This document shows positions 53,831 to 62,882 of a stretch of DNA of 63,441 nt, one piece after another. This DNA comes from Bacillales bacterium (GTDB taxonomy: Bacteria; Bacillota_I; Bacilli_A; RF39; UBA660). Within the stretch, counting starts at the first letter, position 1. The number at the start of each line of letters is the position of its first letter. The translations under genes and the position numbers were made by a program. The DNA is taken from the NCBI GenBank assembly GCA_016288635.1, contig JAEEKZ010000027.1, positions 1 to 63,441 on the forward strand. The letters are read 5' to 3'. Under the pieces are notes generated by a model that saw nothing but the letters and a program-made list of their open reading frames with translations, had not been told where the DNA came from and searched no databases.

Positions 53831-53878
53831 AGAGTGTTTTTATGTGTAAATAACTGTTTAAAATGCATAAAAATACAC

Positions 53879-53896
53879 CCTATAAATTTTTATAGG
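53879..53896 (-). terminator. Terminator of the 53911-54636 gene
   Basis: CCTATAAA..TTTATAGG followed by GTGTATTTTT, read on the minus strand. Confidence 0.55.
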
Positions 53897-53910
53897 ATGT
53901 TTAAAGTTTT

Positions 53911-54636
53911 TTAAATATTATTGTTGTTATTTGATGGATTATTTTCATTAGGATTTAATGCATTTTGCTGATTCATATTTTGTACATTATTAACGCCCCG
54001 TGAATCTATCTCTTGAACATTTTCAATTTTCATTTCGAATGGTTCATTACCATTATTGTTAGCTATGCTTTGACCCACTCTTGTAATTTCTTTTTTATAA
54101 ATTTTAGTTATAATTAACACACTAATTAATGAGGCAACAGTTAAGATTATCAAAATATAATATAGTCTTGTTATAAATCCCTCAAAGTAACCTGTCCAAT
54201 TAATGATTATTGTTAAAAATCCTAATATTGTAATTAGTGCTACACTAATTTTTTTAAATCTATTTAATAATTGATTTGGGGATAAAAATGATAAAACCCA
54301 TGACATAAATGCAAGCGACCATATAATAATATTTAAAGTTTGAGAAAACTTCCCTAAAAATTCTCCAGAAGTAATTATTCCCCATACCATCAATATGTCT
54401 AGTAATGCAATAATACCAACCGCGGATGCACCAATCATAGTTAACTTCCTATACTTTTTCTCTTCATAAATTAATGAATAGAATAAGCAAGGAATCGCAC
54501 ATATAAATATAATGGCAACTGATCCCATAGATTTCCATCCAATATCACCAAACTTACCAATTAGTATGAATAGACATGCTAAAATAGCTTCTAATATAAT
54601 GGTTCCTAGCATAATCTTTAAAACAACTTTTTTCAT
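53911..54636 (-). CDS. Polytopic membrane protein with an Asn-rich C-terminal tail
   Basis: It has about 6 TM helices and the tail NNVQNMNQQNALNPNENNPSNNNNNI. ATG at 54636 lies 9 nt after an AAGGAG SD. Confidence 0.6.
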   Translation of the reverse strand: MKKVVLKIMLGTIILEAILACLFILIGKFGDIGWKSMGSVAIIFICAIPCLFYSLIYEEKKYRKLTMIGASAVGIIALLDILMVWGIITSGEFLGKFSQTLNIIIWSLAFMSWVLSFLSPNQLLNRFKKISVALITILGFLTIIINWTGYFEGFITRLYYILIILTVASLISVLIITKIYKKEITRVGQSIANNNGNEPFEMKIENVQEIDSRGVNNVQNMNQQNALNPNENNPSNNNNNI

Positions 54637-54768
54637 TAATAACATCTCCTTATATGATATTAATATTTTATCTAATTATAGTATATCATGAGGTTATTAT
54701 TACTCAATCATAAAAATTGATTAGTGTGTAAACACATTTACTTTTATTCTAACTAAAAAAGAATCGTT

Positions 54769-55371
54769 TTATGATTCTTTTACATCTTTACTAAATTTAC
54801 ATCCACAATAATTTTGACGATATAAATTATACTCCTTACTAAACTCTATACTCTTCTTATAACCATCATTTTTCTTGAAGTCACTAACTAAATATGGAAT
54901 ACCAATTTCTTTTCCAACAACTAGCCCTATTTCATTAATTTGCTTAGTATTTTTTAAAGGGCTCAAAGTTAATGTTGTAGCAAAATAATCATAATTTAGT
55001 TCTTTAGCTTTAATTGCTGTTTTCTCTAATCTTAAGCGAAAACAAACTGGACACCTTGCTCCTCGTTCTGGTTCACTTTCTAATCCTTTTACTCTATTTA
55101 AGAAAGTATCGTTATCATAATCACAATCTAGAAAATCTATTTTATATTTTGCAGGATACTCATTTATGAATCTTTTTTGTTCACTCTTTCTTTTTTCATA
55201 TTCTTCTTTAGTATCCATATTAGGATTATAGTAAAAAACAGTTACATGAAAATAATTACTTAGTATTGATAAGCAAATAGATGAACATGGAGCACAACAA
55301 CTGTGTAATAACAATCTTGGTGTACCATCTAGGTTATTAATTATGTTATACATTTCTTTATCAAAGTTCAT
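54769..55371 (-). CDS. queH: Epoxyqueuosine reductase QueH (DUF208)
   Basis: Motifs are LLHSCCAPCSS, CPVCF and NYCGC. 200 aa. Confidence 0.8.
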   Translation of the reverse strand: MNFDKEMYNIINNLDGTPRLLLHSCCAPCSSICLSILSNYFHVTVFYYNPNMDTKEEYEKRKSEQKRFINEYPAKYKIDFLDCDYDNDTFLNRVKGLESEPERGARCPVCFRLRLEKTAIKAKELNYDYFATTLTLSPLKNTKQINEIGLVVGKEIGIPYLVSDFKKNDGYKKSIEFSKEYNLYRQNYCGCKFSKDVKES

Positions 55372-55403
55372 AATAGTAACTTCCTTTCAGTTGTTATTAT
55401 ACA

Positions 55404-55955
55404 CTATTTTTTTATAAATACTGAATCAGTTTTTAAGATAACTGGTTCATCAATATTTCTATCAAAGATGTTGTAATGGAATACTAAAATACCTAAGTTA
55501 GATAGAATTAAAATACTATCTGTAATTACTCCTGACCAAGATCCTACTCGGTAGTCATAATATACCCAGAAAGCATATGCAATAATAGTTCCTATTAAAA
55601 CTATTTTTCTCTTATTTATAAGAGCAAAGCCGTCAATTATAGATGCTGCAGTAGGAAGAATATCTACCCAACTTTTAAAGGTTAAAAAACAGCCCAGCAA
55701 GAAGAATGGAATAGATCCAAGAAAAATCCATAAATCAGCATCTGTTTTATAATATAAATAATTAATCACTATTTCTAATATGCATACCATAACGGCGTTA
55801 AACGCCCCTAAAAAGACAAAGTGGAAACAATATAATACTGTTGCCGCGATATGAAATTCTAATATCTTATTGGTATCTTTTTGATAATAACTAAGTACTA
55901 GTATTATCCAAGCTAGAAATCCCACAAATTGTACGAAAAGCAAATCATAGCTCAT
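55404..55955 (-). CDS. YgjV-family membrane protein
   Basis: It has 5 TM helices and the segment VQFVGFLAWIILVLSYYQKDTNKIL..HFVFLGAFNAV. The start is either 55955 or 55964. Confidence 0.6.
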   Translation of the reverse strand: MSYDLLFVQFVGFLAWIILVLSYYQKDTNKILEFHIAATVLYCFHFVFLGAFNAVMVCILEIVINYLYYKTDADLWIFLGSIPFFLLGCFLTFKSWVDILPTAASIIDGFALINKRKIVLIGTIIAYAFWVYYDYRVGSWSGVITDSILILSNLGILVFHYNIFDRNIDEPVILKTDSVFIKK

Positions 55956-56072
55956 ACATTTCATCCTCTTTATTATTCAATTATATATTATCATATTTAA
56001 TAAGATTGTAGTCAATATATGTTATATATAATATACATTTATAGACAAAGAAAAAATGGATATAATCCATTT

Positions 56073-57137
56073 TTAATCAATAATACTATCTATATAAACT
56101 AATCTATCAAATATTTCTCTTTGAATTATTTCAAAATCTGGTGATTTAGATAATTGATGACCAATATTTTCTCTTAAAATCTTTAGTTTAGTTCTTGCAA
56201 GTTCAAGGGAATCTTTTGATGGATTTGATTTGCCTGGTTCTTTATAACCAATTAATTTATCACATTCCTTAAATGTTACATTAATTAATTTCTTTAATTC
56301 TTCCCTAACAGGACTTTCTTTCTTAACCATCGCAGATATAAAGTTAATTCTTTCATCTAAAGCATCACCAACAGTATCTAGTTTTTCATCTGATAATAAT
56401 ACCATATCAGTGTTATTAGCTAGTTTAACTAGTTTATCTAATACCATACTATATTCTTCTTTGCTGATAGTTCTATCTGATTTTTTACGATAATCAATTA
56501 AATTATCACATTCCTTAATTATTTGGTTTATTTCTCTTTCAAAGTCTGTTTTTGCGTTAATTAGATCTGGTTCTTCAAAAGATAGTTCCTCAATTTCTTC
56601 TTTGATAGGTCTTTCAGCATTAGTAAGTTTTGTTCCTCCAAAACTCATATTCTTTTCCATATATTCGATTACTGTTTCATGATGGCTTTGTAAGTAATCA
56701 TTAAATATTTCTCTTAAATGAGATTCTAATATTTCTTTTTTTGCATCATTTTTAAATCTTGATGGCATATTATTTATAGCTAAATATCTATCCAAATCAT
56801 TAATAGCTTTATATGGATCATTTCCATTTATAGCAAGGGATTCACTTAAGAATAATAATACTTGCTTTTTAATTGATCCCAATAAGATTTCAGATATTCC
56901 TCTATCTACATTATCATCAGTATATCTTACTTTTAAAATATCTCTAAAATTAGAATTTTCTACCCTATTTCTTAATCCCAATTTAGTGGTTATATAAGCT
57001 TTATCTCCACTTTTATAATAGTTTCTAATTGGGCTTATAGGATCAACATCTTTTTTAAGACATGTTTCGCACATACCATTATATATATCAATAACCAATT
57101 TAATAAATTCTTGCTCTGTTAATAGATCTTTTAACAT
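56073..57137 (-). CDS. Hypothetical helical protein with an internal duplication
   Basis: ATG at 57137 has a GAGGTAAC SD. Two related units are IIKECDNLIDYRKKSDRTISKEEY.. and TFKECDKLIGYKEPGKSNPSKDSL.. Confidence 0.55.
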   Translation of the reverse strand: MLKDLLTEQEFIKLVIDIYNGMCETCLKKDVDPISPIRNYYKSGDKAYITTKLGLRNRVENSNFRDILKVRYTDDNVDRGISEILLGSIKKQVLLFLSESLAINGNDPYKAINDLDRYLAINNMPSRFKNDAKKEILESHLREIFNDYLQSHHETVIEYMEKNMSFGGTKLTNAERPIKEEIEELSFEEPDLINAKTDFEREINQIIKECDNLIDYRKKSDRTISKEEYSMVLDKLVKLANNTDMVLLSDEKLDTVGDALDERINFISAMVKKESPVREELKKLINVTFKECDKLIGYKEPGKSNPSKDSLELARTKLKILRENIGHQLSKSPDFEIIQREIFDRLVYIDSIID

Positions 57138-57210
57138 ATTAGTTACCTCACTAGTTTCTCTTTTTATTATACATATTGAGTATATCACAAATTACTATTT
57201 AGTGGGTATA

Positions 57211-57240
57211 AAAAAATGGAAATTTTTTAATTTCCATTTT
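57211..57240 (-). terminator. Terminator of the LysR-MTase-CYTH operon
   Basis: AAATGGAAATT-AAAA-AATTTCCATTT followed by a T run, read on the minus strand. It overlaps the CYTH stop codon. Confidence 0.75.
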
Positions 57241-58282
57241 GTTCTATAGTCTTATTAATCATTATTAACAAAGCACTATTAATATCCTTTAGGCTCATGC
57301 CGGTAAGCACTGCTGAGTTTTCTGTTTTAATGTTCTTAGTTGACTTAGTGCGATTAGATTCATCTACATATATTACATCATCTATCTTGATTCCTAACTT
57401 ATCGCGTAGTTTTTCTAAGAATACTTGATTCACTCTAGTTATAACATGTATCTTACATGGTAGTTTATTTAACAAATCAGCACAAGTAATCAATTCTTTA
57501 CTATCAAATATTAGGTTTTCTATATATTCCTCAATCAAGGAAGAAATTTTTACTTCAACTGATTTATTCATCTTATATATTCCCCAGCGAATATTAGTAC
57601 CAGTTTTTTTAATGATTTGATCTTTATACTCTTTAAAGAATCTTTTTTCATAAGCCGCAAGAGTATTATCTACATTAATATATACATCATGTAATTCTTT
57701 TTGAATATGTTGATTATAAATATAATTTGCAACGATATCTCTATATGGTTCTGTAGCTTCTTTTAGATTTAATTCGGAGAATTCGGCAACAAATTTGTTT
57801 AACATTCTTATCAAAACATTCCTGGTAGAATTTTCAATCAAGGACATTATTTCAAATTCAACGAATCCTCCAATCTCTGGAAGTGTGTCTATCATAATAT
57901 TATATTCATATTCATCTGTTGTTCTTGTATATACTTCTCTTTGTTTTTCAAATTTAACATAACTGTAATAGCCTAAGGAGGTAAATAGTTTTACGTATTT
58001 ATCATATTCTGTTATGTCAGCATCTATATTGTTTTCTTCTTTACAATACACTCCAAAGAAACTATTGGATTTTCCTTTGAAGGTTATTTCCATGTCATTA
58101 CCGGTTTTTCTTATCCTGAGACATGTTCGGTTTTTGATGAACTCACTATTGATATCAGTGAAATATTCATCTGCTTCAGTTTTTGATTTAACTTTCTTAA
58201 AGCCCATTTTGCTAGCCATTTGAATTAGCATCTCGGGTTCCATGCAATAATATTTTAATTCAGTTTCTACTTTATTATTCAT
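57227..58282 (-). CDS. CYTH (triphosphate-tunnel, CyaB/ThTPase-like) domain fused to an unknown C-terminal domain of about 165 aa
   Basis: The ExExK motif is VETELKY. Other blocks are LRIRK, ITFKGK, EKQRE and DTLPEIGGFVEFE. It has a GAGAGGG SD. Confidence 0.7.
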   Translation of the reverse strand: MNNKVETELKYYCMEPEMLIQMASKMGFKKVKSKTEADEYFTDINSEFIKNRTCLRIRKTGNDMEITFKGKSNSFFGVYCKEENNIDADITEYDKYVKLFTSLGYYSYVKFEKQREVYTRTTDEYEYNIMIDTLPEIGGFVEFEIMSLIENSTRNVLIRMLNKFVAEFSELNLKEATEPYRDIVANYIYNQHIQKELHDVYINVDNTLAAYEKRFFKEYKDQIIKKTGTNIRWGIYKMNKSVEVKISSLIEEYIENLIFDSKELITCADLLNKLPCKIHVITRVNQVFLEKLRDKLGIKIDDVIYVDESNRTKSTKNIKTENSAVLTGMSLKDINSALLIMINKTIEQNGN

Positions 58283-58284
58283 AA

Positions 58285-59313
58285 TTATACCCTCTCAATC
58301 TTGGCAACCATAAAGTTTCCCAATATATTTTCAAAATTAGAATATGTTATTCTATGATTTGTTAAGGTACCTTCTATAAGTTCCTTAAATTCCCCCCAAT
58401 CGATATAACAATGACCAGAATCTTTTAAAAATTTGGTATATAAATACTTATTTAGAAATTTAGGTAACCCTCCAGTTTTTTGAGGATTGCAGATTTCAAT
58501 AATGACTATTTGTTTAGAGATCTTATCCATGAATTGTAAGATTTTGATCATCTTTTCTTTACTATTCATATGATGCAATGTGTTCTTACAAACTGATACA
58601 TCAAAGGCATCAGTTTTCATGTTACTCTTAATAATATTATCATTAGTAAATATTACATTTTTCTCGCTATGTGTTTTTAGGTAATTAATTCCTATATCGT
58701 TTCCAACGATAACATCATAATTCTTCTCTATTGCCATATCGAAGATATCGTCATTGTCTCCACAAGAAATATCTATAATTGATTTCCCCTTAGGAATTAA
58801 TTGATTTAATAATTTAGCGAACTCACTCTTCTTTCTTTTTCTTTTAGTTAAAATATATTTCTTTATATAATTCTCATGAAATTTATATCTATTAATATAT
58901 TTTTGTGACATCTTAATTTCAGTTTGTAGACTGTTAGAATCAAATTGTTGTTTGAAATTGTTGATATGATATCCAACAATCTTTTTAAAGTGACCTTTTA
59001 AATCACTATATCTAACTTTCTTTAAGATACTTGATTTCACTACACTTGTTCTAAATGCCATTACTATTGTTTTATTACAACGACAGACTGGATAATAATT
59101 CAGTATATTTAATTGATATTTGGTATTTAGTTTATTACAAATAGTTAGTATTGAGTCTTCCCCTAGATTCTCTAATAAGAATCTGGTGTTTTTAATATAA
59201 TAATTGAATTCATCATCATATATTAAAAACATCATATCATTGTTTGATATACCAATTTTTAAATTATCTAGATCGTAGTAATTTCTATAAAATTCGTATA
59301 TCTTATTCTTCAT
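58285..59313 (-). CDS. Class I SAM-dependent methyltransferase with an unknown N-terminal domain of about 170 aa
   Basis: Motif I is IIDISCGDNDD. The post-I/II region is DVIVGNDI..FDVSVCKNTLHHM. ATG at 59313 has a GAGGAAGAG SD and overlaps the lysR stop by 11 nt. Confidence 0.7.
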   Translation of the reverse strand: MKNKIYEFYRNYYDLDNLKIGISNNDMMFLIYDDEFNYYIKNTRFLLENLGEDSILTICNKLNTKYQLNILNYYPVCRCNKTIVMAFRTSVVKSSILKKVRYSDLKGHFKKIVGYHINNFKQQFDSNSLQTEIKMSQKYINRYKFHENYIKKYILTKRKRKKSEFAKLLNQLIPKGKSIIDISCGDNDDIFDMAIEKNYDVIVGNDIGINYLKTHSEKNVIFTNDNIIKSNMKTDAFDVSVCKNTLHHMNSKEKMIKILQFMDKISKQIVIIEICNPQKTGGLPKFLNKYLYTKFLKDSGHCYIDWGEFKELIEGTLTNHRITYSNFENILGNFMVAKIERV

Positions 59314-60190
59314 TCTTGATCTCTTCCTCAATAAATAACTTCGCAACATTATTTAAGTTATTTTCTATGCAAACTAGATTAATCTCTATTTCTGGTAATT
59401 TCTCATCAAGATCAATTATTTCAATAGCATTTGCTTCTTCTAGATATTCTACCGAGTTAGAAGCAACATAGCCAATTCCTATGTTACGTCTTACTGCTTC
59501 AATTATAAGTTCCTCAGTAGTAAACTCCAGTTTTGATACAACATTAATGTCATATTCATCAAATGTTTTATTTAAGTTTTGTCTTAACGATCCTCTTTCA
59601 GCTGGAAGAACTAAACTTTTTCCTTCCAAATCTTTTAAAGATGTAATCTTATCTTTATTTTGAGTAGATTTTATAAAACAAGTTTCTATTGATTCAATTG
59701 GTTCAATAGTAATGTTGTTATAAATTGAAGTTATAGGTGATGAGTCAACAATGAAATCGATGTTCCTACTTTCAAGTTTAGCAATCATCGAGTTTGTTGA
59801 ATGATCTTCAACACTGATTTTGACTCGTGGATGGTTCTGACGGAAATGTTCAATTTTATCCATTAGATATCCACGGACGATATGTGATTGAACTCCTATT
59901 ACAAGCTTACCTTCTTCAATATCGTTTATTGAAGCCATTGCTCTTTCACATGATTTTAATAAGCTTTTGGTTTCTCTTAAATACTTATATAATAATTCTC
60001 CCGACGGTGTTAATGATATACCTCTATTTTCACGGTAGAATAATTGTATTCCTAAGTCACTTTCAAGTTTCGCGATGTTCTGGCTGACAGCAGGTTGAGA
60101 TATGTAAAGTCGATTTGCAGCTTCTAGAAAACTGTTTGAATTTGCGACTTCAAGAAATACTCTTAATGAATTTAGATTAATTCCATCCAT
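59303..60190 (-). CDS. LysR-family transcriptional regulator
   Basis: The wHTH is LRVFLEVANSNSFLEAANRLYISQPAVSQNIAKLE, followed by a substrate-binding domain. ATG at 60190 has an AAGAAGG SD. Confidence 0.85.
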   Translation of the reverse strand: MDGINLNSLRVFLEVANSNSFLEAANRLYISQPAVSQNIAKLESDLGIQLFYRENRGISLTPSGELLYKYLRETKSLLKSCERAMASINDIEEGKLVIGVQSHIVRGYLMDKIEHFRQNHPRVKISVEDHSTNSMIAKLESRNIDFIVDSSPITSIYNNITIEPIESIETCFIKSTQNKDKITSLKDLEGKSLVLPAERGSLRQNLNKTFDEYDINVVSKLEFTTEELIIEAVRRNIGIGYVASNSVEYLEEANAIEIIDLDEKLPEIEINLVCIENNLNNVAKLFIEEEIKNEE

Positions 60191-60285
60191 ATGTATCGCC
60201 TTCTTTAACATATTTATACGCTTTTATATCTATAATGTCAAATAATAATGTTTTATATTTTGATAAGTTTTGCTTATACCGTTTT

Positions 60286-60304
60286 CTATAAGTGCAATTT
60301 ATAG
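60286..60304. promoter_or_regulatory. LTTR-type box (T-N11-A dyad) upstream of lysR
   Basis: CTATAA-GTGCAAT-TTATAG. It sits between the upstream terminator and the lysR start. Confidence 0.45.
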
Positions 60305-60313
60305 CGGAAAACA

Positions 60314-60345
60314 CTAAAAAAACAAGGTGTTATACCTTGCGTTTT
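60314..60345 (-). terminator. Terminator of the Prs-like/amidoligase/small-protein operon
   Basis: CAAGGT-ATAAC-ACCTTG followed by T7, read on the minus strand. Confidence 0.75.
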
Positions 60346-60719
60346 ATCTTTAAAGTTATTGAGTCATCTTTGTTGTGACTTAATAATTCAATTGTATATT
60401 TTTCTAATTCGATATTTTTATTACTAATAAAATCCATTTTTAGTTTGGCACCATTTAAGGCAATTATAAATACCCAATCTCCAGCGCGTATACATTGTGC
60501 CCCTTCAGGACATCCGTTTTCTAGTTTTGCAGATACGAACTTTATTCTTAAGTTTTCATATTTTTCAAGAATTATTTCTTCCCCAGCTTTTAAAACTATT
60601 TCATTATTTGTAGAACTTGCCACTTGTATTTTATTAAGCATTCCTACCGATATAAATAACATCAGCATTATTGCCGATAACAATATAACGATAATTATTG
60701 TGTTTATTCTACTATTCAT
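60330..60719 (-). CDS. Small N-terminally membrane-anchored protein
   Basis: 129 aa with a GGAAGAGG SD. Its start lies 1 nt after the amidoligase stop. A terminator follows. Confidence 0.6.
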   Translation of the reverse strand: MNSRINTIIIVILLSAIMLMLFISVGMLNKIQVASSTNNEIVLKAGEEIILEKYENLRIKFVSAKLENGCPEGAQCIRAGDWVFIIALNGAKLKMDFISNKNIELEKYTIELLSHNKDDSITLKIKRKV

Positions 60720-60720
60720 T

Positions 60721-61620
60721 CTACCTCTTCCTTACTCTTTGAAATTGTTCATCGAAAGCAGCCTTATCCCCTATGGATTGAGAAATAATTTCTATTAGTT
60801 CTCCCCACTTATATGGATTTGCTTGTACTCTCATCCATGATGATACATCAAATTTATCAATTTGTCCATCTAAGGTAGAAAGATCAAATTTGCCATTTGC
60901 TATTGCATCCACTAGTTTCATGGTAAAGTTTATATTATTTTGTATTACTTCTTCATTTATAGTTCCATTTGGATATCTAAATTCCATTAGATGTTGCCCT
61001 GGAAACTTATATAAACTTATAGCATCTCTAAACATAAAACAATTATGATCATGAATTAATTCGCCCATGAATGTCGGAGAAGAAAAATCGATACTACGGA
61101 CTATTTTACTGAGTCTTGAAGCCATATCACGGGCATATTCCCATCTAGTTTCTCTAACTCTAGGATATTCTCCTTGATAAAAAGTTTCTATTTCTGTTTC
61201 ATAAACCACTATTATTCTAGTTAAATATTCAAAGAAACGATTTATATTTCCAACTGCTGATAAATTAACAGTAATATGATTACTACAACATTCATTAATT
61301 CTTGCATCAGCTTCTCTTAAAACTTGGCATATTTTTTGTAGTTCTATCCAGTTTCTTGTATAATCTTGCATAATTTTGCTGGATAATTCTCCGCCTACAT
61401 GTTTGGAATCGATTAAATCAGTTACAGTTGCGTCAATATCTAATATCCATCTATCATATGTTGGGCTTGGAGTAAGCATCTTGTGTGTCTTTATGAAATC
61501 AACAGGCAAGTGTCTTTGGCTATACATTTCATATAATTCTATTAAGGGAACATGTTTAAATTCAATTTCTGTTCCAAATTGATATTTTTCATTTAATCCC
61601 AAACTGTATCTATATGCCAT
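60721..61620 (-). CDS. Amidoligase_2 (glutamine-synthetase-like amidoligase) family protein
   Basis: The ordered motifs are FGTEIEF, WILDIDATV, GGELSSKI, CSNHITVNL and MEFRYPNGTINEEVI. ATG at 61620 has a GAGGTGAG SD. Confidence 0.65.
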   Translation of the reverse strand: MAYRYSLGLNEKYQFGTEIEFKHVPLIELYEMYSQRHLPVDFIKTHKMLTPSPTYDRWILDIDATVTDLIDSKHVGGELSSKIMQDYTRNWIELQKICQVLREADARINECCSNHITVNLSAVGNINRFFEYLTRIIVVYETEIETFYQGEYPRVRETRWEYARDMASRLSKIVRSIDFSSPTFMGELIHDHNCFMFRDAISLYKFPGQHLMEFRYPNGTINEEVIQNNINFTMKLVDAIANGKFDLSTLDGQIDKFDVSSWMRVQANPYKWGELIEIISQSIGDKAAFDEQFQRVRKR

Positions 61621-61667
61621 ATTACTCACCTCACAAGCGAGTATTATAGCTCACTTTCTTTAAAATA

Positions 61668-62753
61668 TCACTTCTTTTTACGCATTCTTACAAATCTTTG
61701 ATATACTTCATCCTTGCTTTCATTTACTCCAGCAAGAGTTGTTCCTCTATTTAATCTATTAATAATATCAGCAAGTAGTTCAGAGCAATCAACATCGTAG
61801 AACCATGGTTGATTTTTAATCTCTTGAGGGACATAACTAACATTAGTTACATATACGCCGTTTAGCAAGCCCCCTTGAAAGCATCTACTAAATTCGCCGA
61901 TACCTTCAGTAAATAAGGCAAACGTTACACAAACAAATACTTTTCTTGCTCCTCTGTTTTTTAATTCCTCAATTACTTTTAAAACGCTTCCGCCACTAGC
62001 TATCATGTCGTCAACTACAATAACATTTTTACCAGCAACATCAGGCCCTAAATAAGCATGTTCTTTTATTAGGTTTTTTCCATTAGTTACATTATAATAA
62101 TCTCTTCTTTTATAGAAGAATCCTAAATCACACCCTAATAATTCAGAATAGAATTTTGCCCTTTCTATTGCGCCTTCATCTGGGGCAATAACTGTTGCAT
62201 TAGCTAATTCTTCGCCTTCATTTTTATATACACTTTCGAGTATTTTACTTGTTGGATAAATATTTGAGAATGCCATTCTAGGAACAGCATTACATACGCT
62301 TGGATTGTGTGCATCAATAGTTATTAAATTTCTTACTCCTAAGTGTTCTAACTCTTGAAGTGCAATTGCACAGTCAAGAGATTCTTTTCCCTTTCTTTTG
62401 TCTTGTCTACTTTCATATAGCAGAGGTTCTATAAGTGTTACTCTATTAGCGTGACCGCTCATAGCGCTTATTGTTCTTTTGATATCTTGAAAATGCTCGT
62501 CTGGGGTCATGTACTGAACTCTGTTATGAGTTATGTATGTTTGATCATAATTACCAACATCGCCAATTATGTAAACGTCATTATCTCTTACTGTGCCGTT
62601 TAGTACTACTTTCCCCTCCGCATTAGAGAATCTTACCATTTCAATTGGAACAATAAAACTTGATTTTGCTCCCCTTTTTTTCATTAGGTGTTCATCAATG
62701 CTAGCCCCTAATTCTCTAGCGTTATCCATAACGATTAAATTTAATTTTGTCAT
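61668..62753 (-). CDS. prs: Divergent ribose-phosphate pyrophosphokinase (Prs-like)
   Basis: Blocks are RFSNAEGKV, YESRQDKR and IDAHN. The PRPP loop is VIVVDDMIASGGS. It has an insertion (NYDQTYITHNRVQYMTPDEHF) and a C-terminal extension relative to Bacillus Prs, judged from memory. ATG at 62753 has a GAAAGG SD. Confidence 0.7.
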   Translation of the reverse strand: MTKLNLIVMDNARELGASIDEHLMKKRGAKSSFIVPIEMVRFSNAEGKVVLNGTVRDNDVYIIGDVGNYDQTYITHNRVQYMTPDEHFQDIKRTISAMSGHANRVTLIEPLLYESRQDKRKGKESLDCAIALQELEHLGVRNLITIDAHNPSVCNAVPRMAFSNIYPTSKILESVYKNEGEELANATVIAPDEGAIERAKFYSELLGCDLGFFYKRRDYYNVTNGKNLIKEHAYLGPDVAGKNVIVVDDMIASGGSVLKVIEELKNRGARKVFVCVTFALFTEGIGEFSRCFQGGLLNGVYVTNVSYVPQEIKNQPWFYDVDCSELLADIINRLNRGTTLAGVNESKDEVYQRFVRMRKKK

Positions 62754-62882
62754 ACTATGCCTTTCATCCGTATCATATTTTATCATATTAAAATGGTTAA
62801 TACCATTTATATTTTTTACTAGACATATAAGTTTAACCTATACCTTTTTTGAAATGTGCGATATTATTAAAATGGTGATATT

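Noticed and set aside
62791-62808. 7-bp-arm palindrome AAATGGT-TAAT-ACCATTT between the divergent Prs-like and PrsW genes, considered as a PurR/PurBox-type operator
   Set aside because: It does not match the PurBox consensus as I recall it. It is AT-rich, so the chance expectation is high. It lies inside the discarded upstream extension of the Prs-like ORF. I note it only as a possible operator.
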